The notes under the pieces were generated by a model that worked only from the letters and a program-made list of their open reading frames with translations, was not told where the DNA came from and made no database searches. The position numbers and the translations under genes are program-made. 64,000 nucleotides of DNA from Malacoraja senta (Eukaryota), in contig CM075987.1 in assembly GCA_038087875.1 (NCBI GenBank), forward strand, positions 23,624,001 through 23,688,000. Direction: 5' to 3'. This document shows, piece by piece, positions 54,333 through 64,000 of this stretch. Positions within the stretch are counted from its first letter, which is position 1; each line of letters opens with the position of its first letter.

Positions 54333-55317
54333 TAAATTGTCCCTAATGTGTGTAAGATAGGGTTAGTGTGCAGGGATCGCTGGTCGGCGTGGACTCGGTG
54401 GGCCAAAGAGATGTTTCCGCGCTGTTTCTCTAAAACTAAAACAAAGGCTGCTGTAAGGGATTTATTGAGGTGGCTGGAGAAGAATTTAGGAGGTAAAATG
54501 AATGAATTATTACCCCAAAACCCATTCAAGCTAGAATAGAGACACCACACTTATCAAGAGCAGGACTGCTGGAATATTGCATAATTTCATTGAACCTCCA
54601 TCCCCAACTTTACTAACTGCTGGGAAGGGAGGGGGGGTGGGGTGGGCGGAAGATTCCACAGTGGCACTACTTGTTTAAAAAAACGTTTTAAGATTTGTCT
54701 TGGACTCTCTAACAAGATGACATTGTTTCTCTCTAGTTCACCCCCAAGTCATCTTCAAAACTTTTTTTTTTAAATCGCCCTTGAAACGTTTGTGAACTGT
54801 TTGTGCATTGACATAAATTTTCACTGTTGCCAACTCAGTTTCCCACTCAATCAAAACCTCCCCCACCCACCCCTAGTTATCTTCACTGCTTTTTCATTCA
54901 CTCTGGAGATTTTTTTTTTTTTTATAAGTACCTCGCCCACATCAACTGTGTCCTGCCCTTTTTCCATATTCTATGATTTTTGTCTCCAGTGCACTCTGTT
55001 CTCTGTTCACCAATTCATCAACCTATCAACCAATTCATTGTCTCTCTCCTTGAACCAAATAAACCTGCAGACTCGCATTGAAAAGCATTTCTGAATACTT
55101 ACATTGGACGGAGTTTCTAACTACTCTCAGATTTTACAATTTGTTAATTACTTCACCCTGGAAAGGTTTGGAAAAGGCACTTAACTGTAGAGAGATTGAT
55201 AGAATTAGATCATGTCCAAACATTTGAGAGCTTCTTAGATACAATCTTATGTCCTATGGTGGACAAAAATGCTGGAGAAACTCAGCAGGTGAGGCAGCAT
55301 CTATGGAGCGAAGGAAT

Positions 55318-55736
55318 AGGGCCTGTCCCACTTTCACGACTGAATTCAAAACCTCTGCCGAGTTTAAAGGACAAAAAAAAAATCAAGATCGTGGTAATCT
55401 ACGAACTCCTACGACCTTCCACAACTATATTTACAAACTCCTACTAGTATGTCTACGAATTCCCACGACTATTTCGATGCCCTCCTTACGTAAAAAGGTT
55501 GCAATTTCTTTCATCCCAACCATTTTTTTGCTCGTGGACATTATTTATCAGGCTGGAAAAAACGTCCCGACTTACCTGATGCCACGAGCACCTACGGCTG
55601 GCATAACGGGCCGCTACGATATATCTACGAACTACTACGACCTCCTACGGACTCGTTACGAACATTCTGCGAGTTTGAATCAAGGGGAAAACTCGGGAGA
55701 ATTCGTGAATTACCTCTTGAAAGTGGGACAGGCTTT
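55318..55736. mobile_element. MITE, probably PIF/Harbinger-like
   Basis: TIRs AGGGCCTGTCCCACTTT and AAAGTGGGACAGGCTTT; many internal CTACGA motifs; CpG-rich. Confidence 0.72.
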
Positions 55737-56621
55737 AAACATAAGACTTTAAACATCTTGTCCTATGAGCACACCAAGAGACAAAAAGTATTACAACAGG
55801 CATCCTGGGCACTTAAGAGAATAAAAGAGTCCTATTTATACTTGAACTGAAAGGGAGAGGGTCCTAAGCCTAAGAACAGAAAATGTTGCAAACATTCAAT
55901 AGATCAGGTGGCATCTGTGAAAAGAGACACTGTTAATGTTTTAGGTCCGGGAGTTTCATCAGTACTGTACTAGGAAAGAGAGAAAAACAAGTCGGGGGAT
56001 GGGATGCGTAGAACAAAGGTATCTCTGATAGGGTGTGCATCTATCCCCACTTTATCCCTTTTATTTCAATGATTAACCATGCATTCTTTTGAGTCCGACA
56101 AGATTGCTCATCCAAATCAATTTCCTCACACTTTTCTCAAGCCAGCGATCAAACTGGAGAACTTTTGCTGTATTATCTCAAAACTGAGTAAGTACTTCCA
56201 AACATGCAAAGATGGAAACTGATTACGATACCAAGTCCTGCAATACATTCTTATTTTTGTACTGCAATTGCAACAAGGTTCAACAAACTGAAACAGCTGC
56301 TGTATCTTCATGTTAATTTTGTATTTCATGTACAAGATCAGACAAATTCCACTGAACACCAAAGTTGAAGATTTTCACCATTTAAAAATATGCTCTTTTG
56401 CTTTTCTTCCTTTTCTCCTGAAAATCTGTTGTTAGTGAATCATTAACGTTCATAATTAGTGTTTGAACATCTTGAAAAATTATACCTAATTGGGAGATTG
56501 AATAGATATCTAAAGGGTCGATTATGCCTTTATTTTTTAAGAGAAATATCTAACTGGACATTTATGAATTTTCAGATGGAAATTTTGTCATAATATACAG
56601 CTGACTACAATTAAATCTGAA

Positions 56622-57570
56622 ATGTCCTCATTCTTCAGGGAACGGGGGTTCCCCTCCTCCACCATAGATGAGGCTCGCACCAGGGTCTCTGCCATACCCC
56701 GCAACACTGCTCTCTCTCCCCATCCCCCCACTCACAACAAAGGCAGAGTCCCCCTAGTCCTCACCTTTCACCCCACCAGCCGTCACATACAACAAGTGAT
56801 CCTCCGTCAGTTTCGCCACCTCCAACGTGACCCCACCACTCGCCACATCTTCCCATCTCCCCCTATGTCTGCCTTCCGCAAAGACCGCTCCCTCCGTAAC
56901 TCCCTTGTCAATTCTTCCCTTCCCTCCCATACCACCCCCTCCCCTGGTACTTTCCCTTGCAACCGCAAGAGATGCAACACTTGTCCCTTCACTTCCCCCC
57001 TCCACTCCATTCCAGGACCCAAGCAGTCGTTCCAGGTGCGACAGAGGTTCACCTGCATCTCCTCCAACCTCATCTATTGCATTCGCTGCTCTAGATGCCA
57101 GCTGATCTACATCGGTGAGACCAAGCGGAGGCTTGGCGATCGTTTCGCCGAACACCTCCGGTCGGTCCGCAATAACCAACCTGAACTCCCGGTGGCTCAG
57201 CACTTCAACTCCCCCTCCCATTCCGTATCTGACCTCTCTGTCCTGGGTCTCCTCCATGGCCACAGCGAGCAACACCGTAAATTGGAGGAAATGCACCTCA
57301 TATTCCGCTTGGGCAGTCTACACCCTGGTGGCCTGAACGTTGAATTCTCCCAATTCTGCTAGCCCTGGCTGTCCCCTCCCCTTCATCAGCCATCTGGTTG
57401 TCTCCTCCCCTCCCCCAACCCTCGGGCTCCTCCTCCTCCTTTTCCTTTTTTCCTTTCTTCTCCCCACCCCCTATCAGTCTGAAGAAGGGTTTCGGCCCGA
57501 AACGTTACCTATTTCCTTCGCTCCATAGATGCTGCTGCACCCGCTGAGTTTCTCCAGCATTTTTGTGTAC
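56622..57570 (+). mobile_element. 5'-truncated Penelope-like retroelement with GIY-YIG endonuclease ORF (56622-57362) and a hammerhead-like core at 57479
   Basis: NLIYCIRC...YIGETKRRLGDRFAEH...PVAQHF is a PLE GIY-YIG domain. 17-bp flanking direct repeat CTACAATTAAATCTGAA at 56605-56621 and 57571-57587. Confidence 0.9.
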
Positions 57571-58777
57571 CTACAATTAAATCTGAAGTTGGAGTGAAAG
57601 TGTTGACCTGAAATTGGATGAGTGACAGAATATAAAGAGCAATAGTGAAAAATAGTTATTCTGATGGCCTGTGATACCCACACCATAGATGCTGCCTCCC
57701 CTGCTGAGTTTCTCCAGCATTTTTATCTATCCACAAAGATCAATATCAGGTTACAACGATTCATCCTATTTAAAAATTAATTAAGTTATTGTCAAAAAAT
57801 GCCAAGTTACATGTCCCAGAGGTAAATGACACAAATATAGGTGGACCTGCACGCAGTGTGGATGGAAGCACAAATCATAAAAGGATATTAAGCAAATAAG
57901 TAAAATCATGATTAATTGATTTAAATAATAGGTTTATTATATTGTTTACAGTGTACGATGTTTACATATTCTGTTGTGCGGCTGCAAGTGAGAATTTCAT
58001 TGTTCTATCTGGGACATATGACAATAAAACACTCCTGACTTAAATCCAAAGGCAAGATCTAATTTGGACGTAAAAGAAAGATAGATCAAAGTTATTTCTA
58101 AAGAGTGAAAGTCAATGAGTACTGAATAACATTATTCCCTTATCATGCATCAATACATTGTAATCATGTATTGTCTTTCTGCTGACTGGTTAGCATGCAA
58201 CAAAAGTTTTTCACTTTTCCTCAGTACTCGTGACAATAAACTAAACTGATTGAGATCAGAAACGGAGGGTAAATTAACATGCCATAAGAGGACATTGAAA
58301 ATAAGCAAAAAGGATAGAATGCTGTCTAACCGTCCAGTGGACTTGGAGATCATCAAACCCACAGGGCAACGAGTCGCGTGCAGTATCATTCGGACATTTG
58401 AGACCCACTTTGCATGCAAAATTATTCTCTTTTTTGTGTGCTGATATTTCAATACGTGACATTTATAGAAAAATGTCACAAGACATTTGCTACATTATGT
58501 TAATCACTACAAGATGTTGAACCTTGAGGGTCTCCAGTCTGGTCATACTTCTTTGGAAATCTGGTTGGTGTTTTGGCAAAAGCAGTGTGTAGAAGCTTGG
58601 TCAGATGTTGTTTTTTATGAATGCAATGAATCTGAGCAATATACTGTGCCAAAAGTTGAAATATTGATCTTGATTACCGATTGTTCCTGATATTTCATTC
58701 CATAATTTGATTGTTGACTCTTTATTCATTATCTTTTGGTTTTTCCAATAACTTTAAAAAAATGATTCCAATAAAAG

Positions 58778-59066
58778 GAGGTACAGTGGCGCAGCGGTAG
58801 AGTTGCTTGCCAAAGACACAGGTTCAATCCTCACTACGCATGTTGTCTGTAAGGAGTTTGTATGTTCTCGCCATGACCTGTTTTCTCCGAGATCTTCGGT
58901 TTCCTCCCACACTCCAAAGACGTACAGGTTTGTAGGTTAATTGTCTTGGTGTAAATGTAAATTGTCCCAAGTGTGCGTAGAATGGTGCTAATGTGCGGGG
59001 AATGCTGGTCGGTGCGGACTCAGTGGGCCGAAGGGCCTGTTTCTGTGCTGTATCTCTGAACTAAAC
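58778..59066 (+). mobile_element. HE1-like V-SINE, full length
   Basis: Same consensus. Other plus-strand copies at ~32050-32350, 48410-48710 and 53920-54440 (interrupted). Confidence 0.85.
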
Positions 59067-60199
59067 GCCAACTCTACAGTTGCAGTAACCATGATTTGAG
59101 AAATTGCACAGGTTTTGTTGATCACAACTGTCCAGAGGTTTATCTGTTGCATTTAACGAGTCTCCAAAGCTGCAGCAAGAAATTCATTGTCTGAATAGTG
59201 AATATGACAATTAAACGCTCTTGATATGGGATGTGAATTATTTACACAGCCTCTCAAAATAAACTTCCAAACAACATGTAATGATAAAATTCTGGCTCAT
59301 TCTTGGTTGTTTCACATGTTTGTAATGTTCAAGCTTCCAAATCATCAGAACAATTTAACCCCAAATTCAGTTTAAGATTTAGTTTAGTTTATTATTGTCA
59401 CATGTACCGAGGTACAATGAAAACCTTGTTTGCATGCTATCCAATCAAAGAGTATACATAAATGTAAACAATGAACAGATTTGTTTTGACGGTTATGGTA
59501 ATAAATGCATTTTTTGGAGAATTATAAAATAAAATTGGAAAGGATATTTAAAATGTTGATCTTAATACCTAGTGCATGTTGGTGCAGTGGTGTCTCGGCA
59601 TTCCTAGGCTTCTATTTTCTACTCAAAATCTACAAGCGAAAAATAAAAAAAAACACATTATATAGCTCCTTTGACATAAAGTGCTGCAAGGCGTATGAAA
59701 CTAAGAACAAAGCAATAATGACAACATAATCTGGATTTAGTGATGGGGAATAAATGTTGATTGATACACCAGGGAGTAGTTTCCAGATCTACTTCTAATC
59801 ACAGTGGGGTATTTTCCATCGTTTAAAGGGACACCTGCGTCCAGCTTTGAAGGGTCTCGTCCCAAAACGTTACCCATTCCTTCTCTCCAGAGATGCTGCC
59901 TGTCTCGCTGAGTTACTCCAGCATTTTGTGTCTATCTCAAGCTTTGAACATCGCATTCAAAGAACTCAATTTCCAATAGTATAGCGGTACAAAGATTATA
60001 GGTTAAAGTCTATTTTGGGGTGGAGGGGCTCAAATTTACAACCGTCTCGATCGGGCTCAAGGCTTGCACAATTAAATCATTTTGGTGGGATGTTATTGGT
60101 TCCATATGTCTGGAAATGCTAATACAGCAAGAGTTCCACCTGAAAGAACAAGTTAACAAGAATGAAAGGAAGCAGTGATTAAATTTAACTTGTTTCAAA

Positions 60200-61269
60200 G
60201 CAAAAGAGGCAGGCGATCGGCCTCTCCGTGCTGCAAGCCAGTAGCTTTTTTTTGCCTTTGCCCGATGTAAGGGAGAGGTGCAAAAGCGCCATTATGTAAT
60301 GGAGCCGCGACTTGGCGCCTAGAAACAGCTCACTGACAGTGCAGCTCACTCTCCCGCCCACAGAGGCGAACAACTCCCCTCTGTCGAGGTAAGACAGAAG
60401 AGAGGGGGGGGGGGGGGGGGTCTCCAAAAATCCCCAGCCAGAGTCCTCCACTCCGGGATCATTAAAAAACAAACTAACCCAACTGGGATCGATTTTCCTG
60501 CCGCTACTTAGTTTCGCTTAAAAAAAAAAAAATACACACACCTCAAACAGCGGGGAGGGAGGGAGAGAGAGGGGGAGAGAGAGGGGGGGGAGAGAGAGAG
60601 AGGGGGGGGGGGAGGTGGTGGTTTGCCTGTTGCATGCTGGGAGTTGTAGTCCTCTCACGCTGAACCCCAGGCGCATCCGGACGGGCGGGCGCTGGCTAAT
60701 GGGACCACAACTCCCGTCGGGCCCTGCGCGCCCGGCGCAGGCGCAGTGTCTCGGCGGGCTCCTGTCTGTGGCCGCGGAGGATGCACGGAGATTAGACGCG
60801 GGCGAAGCAAGCGGCCGCTGCCTACGGCGCTGCGGAGCCGCGGGGGCCAGGTACACACTCTCCCGTTTCTCTTGTGTCCGTCGGGATGAGGTCGCCCAAG
60901 GCTGGGGGGGGGGGGGGGATGAGCGAGCGAGAGAGGGAGGGGGAGAGAGAGAGAGAGGGAGGGAGAGAGGGAGAGAGGGAGAGGTGTGGAGTTGGAGCAC
61001 AAGGAATAGTGGGGGCCAAGTCCCGGTCGATACATTGTATCCAAGGGGCCGCCGTGTAACAAAGCGATTGCTACATTGTTTCGGCTCCACTCAGATCGCC
61101 AGTAACAGGGCGAATGTATCATTCTCCGCCCTGTTACAGTGTCTCCGGCTCCCGTGTATCGAGCTCGGGCAACCCTCCCGAGCGCTAGCCAGTCTCAGCG
61201 ACTAACCCGCGGGAGGTGGCCGTCCAGCCCGCCATCTTTTGTGGCCGCTCGGGAAAAGTGGGGAGGGGG

Positions 61270-61304
<35 letters not shown>

Positions 61305-61500
61305 GGTGGTGGCGGCGGTGTTGGGAAGAAGGGAACAGGACACAGACGCAACTCGCGTCCCGTCCTCGCTGCCGAGGAAGGAGGTAGGGAGGGAGGGAGG
61401 GAGGGAGCGGGTTTCCATACCACCGCCTGCTTCCTGGAGAATTGTAATCCGACTGGCCGTGGCGAGCGGGAAGTGGGTGGTCGTGCAATAAATAAATGAA
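60200..61500 (+). promoter_or_regulatory. CpG-island promoter of a plus-strand gene divergent from WDR5 (possibly BRD3 by synteny), with candidate non-coding first exons
   Basis: High CpG density. ZNF143/THAP11-type motif TGCATGCTGGGAGTTGTAGT at 60631-60650. NRF1-like GCGCAGGCGCA at ~60735. YY1 motif CCGCCATCTT at 61229-61238. Plus-strand donors after 60388 (GAG|gtaaga), 60850 (CAG|gtacac) and 61383 (GAG|gtaggg). No coding sequence seen. Confidence 0.7.
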
Positions 61501-61897
61501 TGATGGATACGGCTTGTTTGTCTCCGGGATTGGTTGCAAACAAACACACCTCGGTGTTTTGGGAGGAGCAGAGGCTGCTTTCGGCTCACGGCGAGCCCCC
61601 AGTGTTAAAAAACGGCGTGAAACAAGTATTTCCCTTGTTCCGATTGTTGTGGTTCCAGACCGACCGGATTGGTGAAGAAGGCTAACGGAAGTTCCAGCGA
61701 TTTTAAATGTTAGTAGCCTTTTAAAGAACAACATACCAGTGATCAATCCCTTTCCGTTTGTTGGGGGCGGGGCACCTGCTCGCTTACGAAATAGTCCAAA
61801 GATAGACACTAAAAGCTGGAGTAACTCAGCGAGACAGACAGCATCTCTGGAGAAATAGTCCACAAGTGTGAATCGTGAAACCCATCGGAGTCTTTAG

Positions 61898-61917
61898 CAA
61901 AGATCCTAGGATCTTTG
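61898..61917. mobile_element. 20-bp TIR-only remnant of the same family
   Basis: Perfect palindrome CAAAGATCCTAGGATCTTTG with 8-bp TSD GTCTTTAG at 61890-61897 and 61918-61925. Confidence 0.85.
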
Positions 61918-63419
61918 GTCTTTAGTCTTGGTCCGGATCAATACCAATAGCAAAGTGAATTTGAAGCAGGAACTTCTCATTGCCACGCTAAAAGCGAGGA
62001 TTCTAAAACTCATCTGGGCAGAAACAGACTGGTTTCAATCTGCAACTCGTTTACGCTCTTATTGGTAAATATATCATCGTGTATCATTTATTTTAAAAAA
62101 AAGAAGCTATGTTCACTCTGCTCACCGCTCTCAAAATTGACGCCCTCTCTTAACTGCTTGATTAATCTGGCACAACTCCACGATGTTTATCTAAAAAGTT
62201 CAAGAAACGAGCTTAGTTTTTTTAAATCACGAAGACAGATTGTAAGAACAGGTCCTTCAATCGCTCTACAGTTTGTATGCATCTTTCTTGTCAAAGTAGT
62301 AAAGCAGCACATATTTATTTCAAGCCTTTTTAGAGTTGGTTGGTTGCTTGAGCAGATTCACGTTAACTTTGCAACTTGCTTGTCTGTGTGATCATTGAAT
62401 ACAAGTAGAGATTGCAGTCACTGTGGAGAGGGTGGTTCCTGGTTTCCAATAATTTATCTATGGCAACACCTTTAATTCACATCGGATGCAGTCCTGATGC
62501 TGTGTCTAATCGGAAAAACTCAATATACAAACAAACTGTTGTCAACTCAAGCGGGAGATGCAAACTATATTCATTACACAGGTCTGTTTTATGCCTCCCC
62601 TAACCCCAGACCTAAAAAGGGATCATAAAACAGTAGAGGCCCTTATGCCTACAATGCCTGGGCCAAACATAATGTCAAGAACTCTCAACCTGCGCTTGAT
62701 CCATATCGCTCCATTCCCTGCATATCCATGTGCCCATCCAAAAGCCTTTAAATATCACTATCCTATTTTACTCCACAACTATCCCTGACAGAACATTCCA
62801 GGCACCCATCACTCTACAATAAAAAACGTTTGCCTTGCGCATCTCCTTTAAACGTCGCCCCTTTTTATTACTTCAGAACTGGATAAGCCATTGATCCTTT
62901 GATGCGGGTATCAGGTTATTATGGGGAGAAGGCAGGAAAATGGGGTTAGGAGGGAGATAGATCAACCATGATTGAATGGCGGCGTAGACTTGATGGGCCG
63001 AATGGCCTAATTCTACTACTATCACTTATGACCTTATGATCCTGTTCTCCCAGTTAACCTTGGTTCACCTGTCGCACAATCTATGCTCCCCCCCCCCCCC
63101 CCCCCCCCGATCATTTTCATTGATATCCAAAAAATGTCCATTCGGCTCAATGTTGAAATATTCAACAATTTATTTTGGAAAAGGTGAAAAATGTTGCACT
63201 TTTCCACTCTTATCTGTTGAAAAAAATGCTCCCTGATACCAGCTCAAAATAGCATGCTATAATCATAAATAGGAGTTATTAGAAAACTCTGAGGCAGGCA
63301 GCATCTGCGACAGGGAGAAACAGAAATAATATTTCAGGTTAAAGACCCTCTTCAGCAGCGAGTTGTAATTATAAGATTGTGTGTCCACCAGATAGTTTTC
63401 TCCCTCTATCATTGAGATT

Positions 63420-63814
63420 GAGGGGGGATTCTTATAGAAACTTACAAGATTCTTAAGGGGTTGGACAGGCTAGATGCAGGAAGATTGTTCCCGATGTTGG
63501 GGAAGTCCAGAACAAAGGGGTTCACAGTTTAAGGATAAGGGGGAAGTCTTTTAGGACCGAGATGAGAAAATCATTTTTCACACAGAGAATGGTGAATCTG
63601 TGGAATTCTCTGCCACAGAAGGTAGTTGAGGCCAGTTCATTGGCTATATTTAAGAGGGAGTTAGATGTGGCCCTTGTGGCTAAAGGGATCAGGGGGTATG
63701 GAGAGAAGGCAGGTACAGGATACTGAGTTGGATGATCAGCCATGATCATATTGAATGGCGGTGCAAGCTCGAAGGGCCGAATGGCCTACTCCTGCACCTA
63801 TTTTCTATGTTTCT
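63420..63814 (+). mobile_element. CR1/HER1-like LINE 3' end
   Basis: Family 3' consensus ending TTTTCTATGTTTC. Confidence 0.86.
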
Positions 63815-64000
63815 CTCATCAGCACTTTAAAAAATAGTTATGTTGTTTTGTAAAAAAATTTTTGAAACATTGTTTAAGTCAAAAAAGCTTGAGCAGTATA
63901 TTTTAACTACCTACATCTAATCATTTAGTTAATGAGCAGAAGATGTGTTGTTCTGTTCTGCTTTATGGAGCAAAGCAGAAACAGGGAGCTGTGGGGACTT

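Noticed and set aside
55249..55752. 167-aa ORF
   Set aside because: Spans a PLE fragment and a MITE; no transposase motifs.
60518..61863. 190-222-aa ORFs in the second CpG island
   Set aside because: Low complexity (GA repeats, poly-G), mostly non-ATG starts, no bromodomain-protein or other recognisable sequence.

Overview
Vertebrate genomic DNA, not prokaryotic. The repeat content (HE1-like V-SINEs, HER1/CR1-like LINEs, Penelope-like elements) points to an elasmobranch, probably a skate or ray; this is an inference. The window holds a complete WDR5 gene on the minus strand: 13 coding exons between 37112 and 9010 (1002 nt, 333 aa), one GC-AG intron, and a probable non-coding first exon in a CpG island at ~46650-46870. 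Downstream of WDR5 is the first coding exon of a spinster-like MFS transporter (4079-4296, minus), whose remaining exons were not found in the window. A second CpG-island promoter faces the plus strand at ~60200-61500 and may be BRD3, judged by synteny only. Most of the rest is nested transposable elements. The three most interesting signals are: (1) a TIR element family with 8-bp TSDs, present as one 387-bp copy and as 33-bp and 20-bp remnants that resemble P-element excision footprints next to promoters; (2) many minimal hammerhead-ribozyme cores carried by Penelope-like elements and their short, TSD-flanked fold-back derivatives; (3) the orphan MFS gene. Most ORFs in the supplied track are spurious or TE fragments.
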